Positions 1 through 9,646 of a stretch of DNA of 52,032 nt are shown in pieces. The first letter of the stretch is position 1. The number at the start of each line of letters is the position of its first letter. Made by a program: the position numbers and the translations under genes. The notes beneath the pieces were generated by a model. That model was given only the letters and a program-made list of their open reading frames with translations, was not told where the DNA came from and did not search any database. Source of the stretch: an uncultured Pseudomonadales bacterium (lineage in GTDB: Bacteria > Pseudomonadota > Gammaproteobacteria > Pseudomonadales > JAUIET01); assembly GCA_964544755.1 (NCBI GenBank), contig CAZJDL010000005.1, positions 1 to 52,032 of the forward strand, given 5' to 3'.

Positions 1-202
1 AGGGATTCAGCGGCCCTTGGAGTGCTGACGAACCTCTATCTGGGGATTTGGGTTAATATTGTGACTTGCTTTAGTAGCGGTCAGAGTGCTATCGCGATAG
101 CGGAAAGTAATTGATCACACTGCTCGCCTGGAAAACCTGCAGGCGCCATGCATAAGGATACGAGCGCACTGCGCGAGCCTTTAGATGTAACGCGAGTAGT
201 CT

Positions 203-1747
203 TTAAGGTCGTAATTCCCATCGGAAGGTGAACCGCTCTCCGCTGTACAGATCAAGTGTGGCATTTATGTGGTCAGCATTGTTTAACATTCGCTTAGGCA
301 GCTTGGCGCGCAGCTGCGTAGTTCGACCTAACCGTCCAACATCTGGCGTGACTGGCCGCTTGAGGCCGGGCAACAACACTGAAACCGCGCTAATATTAGG
401 CCGCCCCTGCCGGGTACTCAGCACCAGTCGAATACGCCCGTCTAAGCGATCCTTGCTATCCATCGACAAAAATATTTCACCGCTCAGGCCATGTGCCGAG
501 TTCGTACCCAGGCTCAGTTCCTGGTCGGGAATATCAGGGCCAAGTTGCCGATCAAGCCAAAATATGCCGAATATCATCATGGCAAGCAAAATCGGCAGCG
601 TGGCCCGTTGCGGCGAAGACATTCGCATGGTTTTGAGGCGCTTCCAGGTCAGCCAGACGCCGGATACCGATAACCCAGTCATTGCAAGCCCAAAAACAAA
701 CCAGATGAGCTTAGTTGCAAGACCACCCAAATACCCAAAGTGCAGCGGATCAGCCACTTCGTTTAAGTAAGAGATCCAGCCAATGTCGCTTGCGCGCTGA
801 ACCTTTATCACACTGGCATCCGCAGGATCCAGAAACACGCTATTTGCATGATCTCGAATCAGGAAATCCTTGTTTCGACCACTCACGGTCGCCGTTTGAC
901 CGGCCAATGCAGGGAATGCCACAAGGCGAGGTTCAAGTTCAGGGTACGCCTCCATGGCCGCCGCAATCAGCGTTTCAGCACTCGCAGCCGGGATGACCGG
1001 CCCGTAGGAGCTCAAGCGATTCTCGCTCACTGCAGGCCGTTCGGGTGCGAAGTGGTTACTTGTAAAAGACGAGCCAAACTCAGCAAGATACCAAATGCCT
1101 GTGATGATGATCACTACAAAAAACCAAGATGCCCACAAACCTGCTGCTTTGTGGGCGTCACCAATCGCCACTCTAACACCACGGCCCGTTCGCACCCGCA
1201 TGGCCATCTTGCGCCACTTACGAGTTGTTTTGAGTCCGGTGTACATAGAGATCGCCAAAATAAACGCCAACGAGGTCACTATAGGCAAACCGATAATGTT
1301 GGGCATAAACAAGTAGCGATGCAGGTCTCGAAAAAAACGTTGTACTGTTAGTGTCTGCGTGGTTCCTGTCACCTCGCCGGTCCACTGGTTGACATGCAAG
1401 AAATAGACCTTGCCATACTCATCGATCATTCGCGCCCGGTAAGCAAACCAATCGTGCTTCATTGAACCAAGCGACTCCAGATTATGTGTGGGCCGATAGT
1501 TATGTATTGCTTCCTCCATCTTGCCCCAGCTAACCAGCGCATCACCCGGCGTGACACGCATATCTGACTGGATTAACCAATCAATTTCGTTAGAGATGGT
1601 TGCGAATGTGCCGGTAAACAACACTAAAGCCATTAGCGTTGCAAGATGAAACCCTACCCAGGTGTGCAGGGCGTAGAACTTTTTACGCCGGCTCTTGTCG
1701 CGAGTCACACCACCTGCGCTCACCGTTGCAACCTGGGGCGTCGTCAT
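203..1747 (-). CDS. PepSY-associated TM-helix membrane protein (PiuB-like, iron-uptake associated)
   Basis: 514-aa ORF. The N-terminus KKFYALHTWVGFHLATLMALVLFTGTFATISNEIDW and later TM segments (GLWASWFFVVIIITGIWYL, LIWFVFGLAMTGLSVSGVWLTWKR) are typical of PepSY_TM proteins that accompany TonB-dependent receptors. Confidence 0.8.
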   Translation of the reverse strand: MTTPQVATVSAGGVTRDKSRRKKFYALHTWVGFHLATLMALVLFTGTFATISNEIDWLIQSDMRVTPGDALVSWGKMEEAIHNYRPTHNLESLGSMKHDWFAYRARMIDEYGKVYFLHVNQWTGEVTGTTQTLTVQRFFRDLHRYLFMPNIIGLPIVTSLAFILAISMYTGLKTTRKWRKMAMRVRTGRGVRVAIGDAHKAAGLWASWFFVVIIITGIWYLAEFGSSFTSNHFAPERPAVSENRLSSYGPVIPAASAETLIAAAMEAYPELEPRLVAFPALAGQTATVSGRNKDFLIRDHANSVFLDPADASVIKVQRASDIGWISYLNEVADPLHFGYLGGLATKLIWFVFGLAMTGLSVSGVWLTWKRLKTMRMSSPQRATLPILLAMMIFGIFWLDRQLGPDIPDQELSLGTNSAHGLSGEIFLSMDSKDRLDGRIRLVLSTRQGRPNISAVSVLLPGLKRPVTPDVGRLGRTTQLRAKLPKRMLNNADHINATLDLYSGERFTFRWELRP

Positions 1748-1975
1748 ATTAATTGGCGCATGAGTTCTCGCGCTTTATAACGCGCAGTTGAATAGAGCAC
1801 AAGCGCGCAGCAGTAGCAGAAGCAAGGAAGTTGTATATTACAGGTGTATTGATTTAAGCAGGGCGATCAAACCGCGAATACTTATGCAACGGATTAACGG
1901 TTACCAAGTATTTATGGACCTGTCCGGATTTCCCAACAAAACTTCCTCCCTATTCCGACAATTAGAATTTTGATC

Positions 1976-3349
1976 ATAGCCAGAGGGTTAGGCCTTGTAA
2001 AAATGTCGCTACACGGGCAGCTCGCCACCGTATTGATCGATCTTGCTCCAAAACTGCTCCCAACGTCCTGTGGTTTGCGCCAGCTCGCGAAGGCTCAGGA
2101 CCACCTTGACCCCTTTGTGTTTCCAGCGCATACCGGATCGACAAAAGCGCTGTTTGATGAGCGTCTTGCAGGCCGCTTCCGTTACTCCTGAGCCAATGGG
2201 CAGGTTCTCTTCTACATACTCGGCATAGTTCATCAGGTGCAAATGATCTTCAAAGTATGCGATCGCTACACGCAAGTCGTCCTTGACCGCCACGCTAAGT
2301 TTGTTGCGCCGCCTGTACCCCTGCATCTCTTGCAGCAGGGCCTGCGCACCCTGCGGATCGTGCTTTAACTGGTGGCAGCGTTCGTGTAGCCATTGCTTGC
2401 GCAGAGGCTTGGCCGCCTTCCGCGGGTGGGCCGCGTACGCAACCCGCGCCAGGCACTCCGTGACATGAAAATAATCCAGCAATTGCCAATCCGCATGCTT
2501 CTCCAGCAGTGGCCAGCCATCCTTCGCCGCGTCGGCAATACCGAGATAAAGCGCCTCTGGATACAGAGCCTTCACATGCGCGATCTCCTGTTCCAGCCGG
2601 CCAATAAAATGGACCTTCCCGTATTCCGGCCCTGCACCAATATAGATCGTATGCTGCCGATCTCCACTGCCATCGTACAGCGAGATTGCCCCCACCATCG
2701 CCTCTTGCCAACCATCATCACAGGTGAGCAGGTGAGCCCCTCCTAGGCTCACTACGACCGTCATAATTCCCGCACCAAGCTCCGGCGTCGCGTAACTCCA
2801 GCTCTCTTCCTTTGCCTGTGCTATCGCGCCCACACTCTCGGCGATGTTCTGCAGGTAAGACTTCGCCACACTGCGGCCATGGTTCGACTCCAGATCCATG
2901 CGCACTTCTTCGGCGTTGCCGTGCGCGTACTTGTGCGCTACTATTTTCGCGAATCGCGGCGTTGCCCCTCGGATAATCCTAGCCGAAGACTCCAGCGGGC
3001 AGTAGATCTTTCCTCCTCGTGAGGTCTGGTACACATGCCGCTTGACCTCAACCGGCCCATACGGTGTTTGATAAACCTTGTTGTCCTGGCATCTCGAAGT
3101 CCATTTCACGTCGCCGGTCAAAATCGATGATCCGTCGGTGTCATACCGTTTCAACGCCTCCGCGCTCGCTCGACAGCCCAGCCCATTGCAGGCTTCCAGT
3201 ATGGCTTCTTCGGCTTGCAACAAGGAGCCTCCCACATCGACCGTCACCGCCAGTGTGACTGTGCTTCCTTTTCTCTCAACAACTTCCACTTCCATCTATA
3301 TGCCTCCTTCAGCCACCCCTTTGAAACCACGGCATCCCATACTAGCTAT
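1976..3349 (-). mobile_element. ISKra4-family insertion sequence (boundaries approximate)
   Basis: A single transposase ORF is flanked by imperfect inverted ends: ATAGCCAGAGGGTTAGGCCTTG at about 1976, versus the reverse complement of about 3328-3349, ATAGCTAGTATGGGATGCCGTG. The GC content is higher than in the flanking thioesterase gene. No clear target-site duplication was seen. Confidence 0.55.
2009..3295 (-). CDS. ISKra4-family DDE transposase
   Basis: 428-aa ORF. The C-terminal motif NLPIGSGVTEAACKTLIKQRFCRSGMRWKHKG and the overall layout match what I recall of ISKra4-type transposases. Confidence 0.8.
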   Translation of the reverse strand: MEVEVVERKGSTVTLAVTVDVGGSLLQAEEAILEACNGLGCRASAEALKRYDTDGSSILTGDVKWTSRCQDNKVYQTPYGPVEVKRHVYQTSRGGKIYCPLESSARIIRGATPRFAKIVAHKYAHGNAEEVRMDLESNHGRSVAKSYLQNIAESVGAIAQAKEESWSYATPELGAGIMTVVVSLGGAHLLTCDDGWQEAMVGAISLYDGSGDRQHTIYIGAGPEYGKVHFIGRLEQEIAHVKALYPEALYLGIADAAKDGWPLLEKHADWQLLDYFHVTECLARVAYAAHPRKAAKPLRKQWLHERCHQLKHDPQGAQALLQEMQGYRRRNKLSVAVKDDLRVAIAYFEDHLHLMNYAEYVEENLPIGSGVTEAACKTLIKQRFCRSGMRWKHKGVKVVLSLRELAQTTGRWEQFWSKIDQYGGELPV

Positions 3350-4099
3350 CGCTTGATACAGAATGTCATTTACTTTTTGGATAACCTCTCTTCTATCTTC
3401 TTCAATAAAAAAATGTTTACCAGAAAAAATACTCATATCACCACCAAAAGAAAAGTAATCTCGCCAGGCAAGCAAATCACCACTCAACACTTGATCATCC
3501 AGCTCTCCGGCAAAGATAGACAGCCTGCAATCTATCGGTTTTCCCGGCGCCGAAAAATACGTTTCTGCCAATTGAAAATCGGCTCTTATTGAGGGAGTAA
3601 ACAATTCCATCATCTCTGCACTTCCCAGCACTTCTTCCGGCGACCCGCCCAACTGACGTAAATATTCGATGAACTCAGCGTCTGATTTCGTATATATCAT
3701 TTCCTGTCTGTTAACGTTTGGCGCTGGGCTACCCGAAGCAATAAAATGTTCGGGAAGCCGGCTGTTATCGGCATCCAGCCTACGTATTAATTCAAAGCCA
3801 ATTCTGGCGCCCAGACTATGCCCAAGCAGAACGTAGGGCTTGTCTAAATGGGCCGCAATTTTGGGGTATAAAGCATCCATCAATTTATCCATTGACCGAT
3901 AAGCCGGCTCGGATATCCTGTCGGCCCGGCCAGGTGGCTGAACAGCAATCAGTTCAACCTGACCTGGTAGCGACTTTTGCCAAGACATGTAAGTAGCCGC
4001 GCTGCCACCTGCATAAGGCAGGCAAATTAGACGCAGTTCAGACCAGCTGCTTCTTCTTGAAGCCACAAACCATTTTGAATGGTCACTATCTTTCATCAC
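3296..4099 (-). CDS. Type II (external) thioesterase of the NRPS/PKS type; native 3' end replaced by IS sequence
   Basis: 267-aa ORF with LICLPYAGGSA, the nucleophile elbow GHSLGA and a GrsT/TEII-like layout. The last ~17 residues (IASMGCRGFKGVAEGGI) are encoded by the IS end. The TAG stop at 3296-3298 directly abuts the transposase ATG. Confidence 0.8.
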   Translation of the reverse strand: MMKDSDHSKWFVASRRSSWSELRLICLPYAGGSAATYMSWQKSLPGQVELIAVQPPGRADRISEPAYRSMDKLMDALYPKIAAHLDKPYVLLGHSLGARIGFELIRRLDADNSRLPEHFIASGSPAPNVNRQEMIYTKSDAEFIEYLRQLGGSPEEVLGSAEMMELFTPSIRADFQLAETYFSAPGKPIDCRLSIFAGELDDQVLSGDLLAWRDYFSFGGDMSIFSGKHFFIEEDRREVIQKVNDILYQAIASMGCRGFKGVAEGGI

Positions 4100-4305
4100 G
4101 CGCTTTTATCTCCCACGTACTCATGACGCCTGCACACGCGACCCGTTGGCACTGGCCGCCCGACAAATTCGCCTTCACGTATCTCAAGAGAAATGCTTTG
4201 CAAGACCTTGAGCCTCTGAGCACCTTCGCCATAAGACTTCGACAGGATTTTAAGAAGAGTTACCACAGATTGGGCAGTTGTTTCTCGCGCTATTTGGCTT
4301 GCCAT
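4096..4305 (-). pseudogene. N-terminal remnant of an ABC-transporter ATP-binding protein
   Basis: The first ~46 aa (LLKILSKSYGEGAQRLKVLQSISLEIREGEFV) look like the strand preceding Walker A in MacB/LolD-type ATPases. The Walker A is lost in frame; a degenerate AASANGS is visible in another frame. The ORF ends after 69 aa in an ATGA overlap with the thioesterase start. Confidence 0.55.
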
Positions 4306-4310
4306 AAGAA

Positions 4311-6586
4311 CTAAAAAGCGTAAGCAACACTCATTCTGGCAAACCGCGGGCGACCCACCTGCACCGCGTTGGCGTTCTTGGCGCCATAGTAATATTCTTC
4401 GTCCGTCAGGTTCTCTGCATTGAGTTGAATGTTAAGCTCGCCCCCTCCAACGGCAAGCCGATAGCGCACAAACATGTCGTAAAGAAGATAAGACCCCATA
4501 TTGAATGAATTTTCAAAATCGCCCGGGCGTGAGTCAATATAATGTGCGCCACCACCCACGCTAAGACCATCGAGGAAGCGATTCAGGTCTTGAGTAACAA
4601 ACAGGCGTGCTGTATGCGGCGCAACATTACGCTGGCTATTGCCTTCAAGGCTGACATTCTGCGGGTTCTCGGTAATCTCGTTGTCAGTATACGCAAAGCT
4701 GGCAAGAAAGTTCGTGGTGTCGGTCAGTGAACCGCTTACATCCAACTCAAAGCCTTTGGATTCAACCTCACCGATAGCGTCCTGTATGAGACTTCCTTCT
4801 TCTGTAAATGTTTGCAGAACGTTCTGTTTGGTGATCTGATACAAGGACACAGTAAGTAATACATCATAATCATTCCACTTGAACCCTACCTCTTCGGAGA
4901 CTCCTTCTTCCGGATCACAGGGGCAACGCGACTCTACGAGGGGGTCATTGGAAACCTCGCTTGGCGCAAAAGATTGCGTATGGCTGGCAAACAATGACCA
5001 ATGTTCATTAATCCGGTATACCACGCCGAAGCGGGGCAAAAAGGTCTCATCGTGAAGATCATCAGGCGGCGTCCAATCACCCGCGGCAGCAACATCGTCT
5101 GCGCCGACTTGACGCCATTCCCTGTCAAACTTTGCATAGCGCCCACCAAGCGCGATATACAGCTTTTCATCCCAACTTATTAAGTCCTGAAAATAGACGC
5201 CCAACTCGCGATTATCAAAGCGGTAATTTCGAATAGACTGCAGATGGTCCGTCAAAGACTGCCCCTCTTCAATGATGAAGCGATCAGGATTGGCGAGATC
5301 AAAAACGTAAAGCTCCAAGAACGGGACATAAGCATGATCCGAGTCTGACGCCTTTGTAGCTTCCTTTACATCCAACACGTATCAACGCCAAATAGCACCT
5401 CATGCTGTAAACCACCTGCCTGGACACTGCCGGTAACGTAGGTTGATGCAAAATTCTTTTCTTTCTGTCGACCATCAGTGGAATCAACTGTTCGAATGAA
5501 CTCCAATGGCTCCTCGGTTATACCCGTCTGCGGCAAAAGGTCTGAAAGAGGCGAAAACGCACTCGTGCTGAGCAATACCGGGCGTATTTTTATTTGTTCC
5601 TCGTGAAAGTCCTGCAGGGCAACCTGAGCATGCCATACCCAATCAGTAGACAATTTTTGATGCACAGTCAATTCAAGGTTTTTGCTCTCGTCCTCGAATC
5701 CTCCTACCGGGTCATCCAGGCGTTGCTCTGGATCTCGATCGAGTGGCTGCCCATCAACAAACGCCGTACCGCCGTCATAAGGCATGTCACGTGACTCGTA
5801 GGTATAGCGAAGGTCTACTAACGTATTGTCGGCGTGATAGGACAACGAGGGGGCAAGCAGTGTTTTATCGATATCACCAAAACTCCGCCAGTAATCTGAA
5901 TTATCTTTCTCGGCTACGAGGCGATAAAGAAGCTCGCCGCCACCGAGTGAGAACAACGGCCCGGTTGCATCAAAAAACAACTTGCTTGTTGCTTGATCGG
6001 TGTCGCCGGTGTACTTCAATGCATAATCGGGTGTGGTTTGCGGCTGTTTGGTGATGACATTGATCAAACCACCTGGTTCTGCCTGACCGTAAAGCAAAGA
6101 TGACGGGCCTTTTAGAACTTCAATACGTTCAACTGAGGCATTGTAGCCGCTGTAGGACGACGAACGAAAACCGTTGACGTAAATGGGCGCGCTAAAGTTA
6201 CTGGAAAACCCACGAAATACGCTGTTATCACGCGTGCCACCCAATGTATTTGTTGTCGTAAAACCGCTGACATTACGTAACGCGTCGCGTAAATCAGACA
6301 CCTGTTGATCTTCTAATACCTGACTCGGCACCACCGCAATATTCTTCGGCAGCTTTAACGTCGAAATAGGTATCTTCGTGGCGGAACTGGTAATGGGCGA
6401 GCCATACCTTCGAATGGCTGAAGTCCGTACTTCAACAATCTCTATGTCATCATCATCACCCAACGCTGCCAGCTCTATGGGCGCAGGCTCTTGTTGCCTA
6501 TTTTTATCATCTTCTGCAAGCACCTCCCCGGACAACATTAGTGCTAATGCCACAAATGCAATAGAAGATTTATTACAACATCTCAC
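4311..6586 (-). pseudogene. TonB-dependent siderophore receptor, copy A, split by a frameshift near 5366-5380
   Basis: Two ORFs (5366..6676 and 4311..5378) together align end to end with the intact 757-aa paralogue. Copy A reads CAACACGTATCAAC where copy B reads CAACGCATCAAC. The C-terminus still ends in the porin-like ...VAYAF. The likely start is the GTG at 6586, after AGGAGAG. Confidence 0.8.
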
Positions 6587-6675
6587 AATTACTCTCCTCT
6601 TCCCCCGCGTAATACCACGGATTGGGCAGTTGTTTCTCGGGCTTGTTTCTCGCACTATTTGGCGTGCCATAAGCA

Positions 6676-8949
6676 TTAAAACGCGTAGGCGACACTCACT
6701 CTGACAAACCGCGGGCGACCCACCTGCGCCGCATTGGCATCCCTGGCGCCATAGTAATACTCTTCGTCCGTCAGATTCTCTGCATTGAGTTGAATGTCAA
6801 GCTCGCCCCCTCCAACGGCAAGCCGATAGCGTACAAACATATCGTAAAGAAGATAAGACCCCAGGTTGAATGAATTTCTAAAATCGCCCGGGCGTGAGTC
6901 AATGTAATGTGCGCCGCCACCCACGCTAAGGCCATCGAGGAAGTGATCCAGGTCTTGAGTAACAAACAGGCGTGCTGTATGCGGCGCAACATTACGCTGG
7001 CTATTGCCTTCAAGGCTGACATTCTGCGGGTTCTCGGTAATCTCGTTGTCAGTATACGCAAAGCTGGCAAGAAAGTTCGTGGTGTCGGTCAGCGAACCGC
7101 TTACATCCAACTCAATGCCTTTGGATTCAACTTCACCGATAGCATCCTGTATGAGACTTTCTTCTTCTGTAAAGATTTGCAGAACATTCTGCTTGGTGAT
7201 CTGATACAAGGACACAGTAAGCAGTACATCATGATCATTCCACTTGAACCCTACCTCTTCGGAGACACCTTCTTCTGGATCACAGGGGCAACGCGACTCT
7301 ACGAGGGGGTCAGTGGAAACCCCGCTTGGCGCAAACGATTGCGTATGGCTGGCAAACAATGACCAATGTTCATTAAACCGGTATACCACGCCGAAGCGGG
7401 GCAGAAAAGTCGCATCGTGAATATCGTTCACGACAGTTGTAATGTCATCATCCACGCCGACTCGACGCGCTTCCTTGTCAAACTGCGCATAGCGCCCACC
7501 GAGCGCGATATACAACTTTTCATCCCAACTTATTAAGTCCTGAAAATAAACGCCCAACTCGCGATTATCGAAGACGAAATCTGGGTCACGCAGCAGATGG
7601 TCTGTCAGAGACTGACCCTCTTCAATAACGAAACGATCAGGATTGGCGAGATCAAAAATGTAAAGCTCCGGGAACGAGACATAAGCCTGATCTGAGATTG
7701 AAATCTCTGCCGTTTCCTCTTCATTCAACGCATCAACACCAAGTAACACTTCATGCCGTAAACCACCTGCCTGGACACTGCCGGTAACGTAGGTTGATGC
7801 AAAATTCCTGTCTGTTTGCCGATCATCAGTGGCATCAACGTATCGAATGAACTCCAATGGTTCCTCGGCTATACCCGCCTGCGGCAAACGGTCTGAAAAA
7901 AACGAAAGCGGACTCGTGCTGAGCAACGCCGGGCGTATTTTTATTTGCTCCTCCTGAAAGTCCTGCAGGGAAACCTGACCATGCCACGCCCAATCAGTAG
8001 ACAATTTCTGATGCACAGCCAACTCAAAACTTTTGTTCTCGTCCTCGAATCTCCCTGCCGGGTCATCCAGGCGTTGCTCTGGACTTCGATCGAGTGGCTG
8101 CCCATCAACAAACGCAGTACCGGTGTCAAAAGGCATGTCGCGTGACTCGTAGGTATAGCGGAGGTCTACTATCGTATTTTCGGCGTGATAGGACAACGAG
8201 GGGGCAAGCAGTGTTTTATCGATATCACCAAAACTCCGCCAGTAATCTGAATTATCTTTCTCGGCTACGAGGCGATAAAGAAGCTCGCCGCCACCGAGTG
8301 AGAATAACGGCCCGGTTGCATCAAAAAACAACTTGCTTGTTGCTTTATCGGTATCTCCTGTGTACTTCAATTCATAATCGGGTGTGGTTTGCGGCTGCTT
8401 GGTGATGACATTGATCAAACCACCTGGTTCTACCTGGCCGTAAAGCAAAGATGACGGGCCTTTTAGAACTTCGATACGTTCAACCGCGGCATTGTAGCCG
8501 CTGTAGGACGATGAACGAAAACCGTTGACGTAAGCAGGCTCGTCAAAGCTACTGGCAAATCCACGAAATACGCTGTTATCACGCGTACCACCCAATGTAT
8601 TGTTTGTCGTAAAGCCACTGACATTACGTAACGCGCCGCGCAAATCAGACACCTGTTGATCTTCTAATACTTGACTCGGCACCACCGCAATATTCTTCGG
8701 CAGCTTTAACGTCGAAATAGGTATCTTCGTGGCGGAACTGGTAATGGGCGAGCCATAACTTTGAATGGCTGACGTCCATACTTCAACAATCTCTATATCG
8801 TCGTCGTCATCACCGTTCAACGCTGCCAACTCGACGGACGCGGGCTCTTGTTGCCTATTTTTATCATCTTCTGCAAGCACCTCCCCGGACCACATTAGTG
8901 CTAATGCCACAAACGCAATAGAAAATTTATTATAATATCTCACAATCAC
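6676..8949 (-). CDS. TonB-dependent siderophore receptor, copy B (intact)
   Basis: 757-aa ORF with a signal peptide (FVALALMWSGEVLA) and plug-domain motifs (VLKGPSSLLYGQVEPGGLINVITK). It has a long beta-barrel region and a terminal aromatic residue (SVAYAF). A Fur box lies upstream. Confidence 0.9.
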   Translation of the reverse strand: MIVRYYNKFSIAFVALALMWSGEVLAEDDKNRQQEPASVELAALNGDDDDDIEIVEVWTSAIQSYGSPITSSATKIPISTLKLPKNIAVVPSQVLEDQQVSDLRGALRNVSGFTTNNTLGGTRDNSVFRGFASSFDEPAYVNGFRSSSYSGYNAAVERIEVLKGPSSLLYGQVEPGGLINVITKQPQTTPDYELKYTGDTDKATSKLFFDATGPLFSLGGGELLYRLVAEKDNSDYWRSFGDIDKTLLAPSLSYHAENTIVDLRYTYESRDMPFDTGTAFVDGQPLDRSPEQRLDDPAGRFEDENKSFELAVHQKLSTDWAWHGQVSLQDFQEEQIKIRPALLSTSPLSFFSDRLPQAGIAEEPLEFIRYVDATDDRQTDRNFASTYVTGSVQAGGLRHEVLLGVDALNEEETAEISISDQAYVSFPELYIFDLANPDRFVIEEGQSLTDHLLRDPDFVFDNRELGVYFQDLISWDEKLYIALGGRYAQFDKEARRVGVDDDITTVVNDIHDATFLPRFGVVYRFNEHWSLFASHTQSFAPSGVSTDPLVESRCPCDPEEGVSEEVGFKWNDHDVLLTVSLYQITKQNVLQIFTEEESLIQDAIGEVESKGIELDVSGSLTDTTNFLASFAYTDNEITENPQNVSLEGNSQRNVAPHTARLFVTQDLDHFLDGLSVGGGAHYIDSRPGDFRNSFNLGSYLLYDMFVRYRLAVGGGELDIQLNAENLTDEEYYYGARDANAAQVGRPRFVRVSVAYAF

Positions 8950-9121
8950 CCTCCTCCCCTTTACCGATACAATCAGCTAATATTCGTTTCACTCACCCGT
9001 AATAGAACCAGCAAACGAATTGATTTCTGAATTGGCGGCATAGCAGAATGACCAAGCGACGTCATTGACCAATTACTCCTGAAATTTTCTGATTTTTCGT
9101 TTCCACCACCAACGACAAGAA

Positions 9122-9150
9122 TCAATGAGAATGATAATCATTCTCATTGA
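9122..9150. promoter_or_regulatory. Fur box (ferric uptake regulator operator)
   Basis: Perfect 29-nt palindrome TCAATGAGAATGATAATCATTCTCATTGA. Its core GAGAATGATAATCATTCTC matches the 19-bp consensus GATAATGATAATCATTATC at 17 of 19 positions. It lies ~175 nt upstream of the receptor start. Confidence 0.8.
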
Positions 9151-9269
9151 AATAGTCAACCCTAAATTTTACCAATATGAGACGAGCCTGAAACGGAGGA
9201 AACCCCAGGAATCTGTTTCCAATATAAAGTGAGACTGAAATAGTTCTTGATGTCGCTCATGATCAGCGG

Positions 9270-9587
9270 ATGAAAACGATCATGGGTTTAGAACACCTGA
9301 CCACCCTGGATGCCATCAAACAATTGCTCGATGGCACGCAGATCAAGGTTTTGGCATTCGAGGAAGGTGACTATGGCCTTTGGAGCAAACGTCTGGAGCA
9401 GGGCCGTTTTGCCACACTGAACTGCGCCGATGACAACAAGCGCACGCTATCACGCATGGCGCTTCTGGCCTTGATCGAAGGGGTGGATATGATGCTAAAA
9501 AGGCGCAGACAACGCTATAAAAACATCGAGAATCTGGAGCGGCAAAGTGCCGAAATCAAAAACCCCGCTGCAAGCAGCGGGGTATGA
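9270..9587 (+). pseudogene. IS66-family TnpB (Orf2)-like remnant, probably chimeric
   Basis: GLWSKRLEQGRFATL...TLSRMALLALIEGVDM resembles the C-terminal half of IS66 Orf2 (CLWYKRLE.GRF.WP...L...QL..LL.G.D). The usual N-terminal half is missing. The ORF 3' end runs through the ompW terminator hairpin. Confidence 0.4.
9553..9582 (-). terminator. Rho-independent terminator of the ompW-like gene
   Basis: Minus strand reads CCCCGCTG-CTTG-CAGCGGGG followed by TTTTTGATTT, ~65 nt after the stop at 9647. Confidence 0.65.
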
Positions 9588-9646
9588 ACAGCGGGTCTCT
9601 TTTGCGCGGCGAGCCGCGGGGAATCAGACCCAGATTAAGTTAGCAC

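Larger units (their letters stand above)
4261..8962 (-). repeat. Tandem direct duplication of a ~2.35 kb unit (receptor gene plus the first ~40 nt of the downstream ABC gene)
   Basis: Segments of about 4261-6605 and 6613-8962 are colinear at DNA and protein level. Homology starts at TACCAC(A/G)GATTGGGCAGTTGTTTCTCG and ends at the shared RBS/start region TCTCACAAT(T/C)AC(T/C)CTCCTC. Confidence 0.8.
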
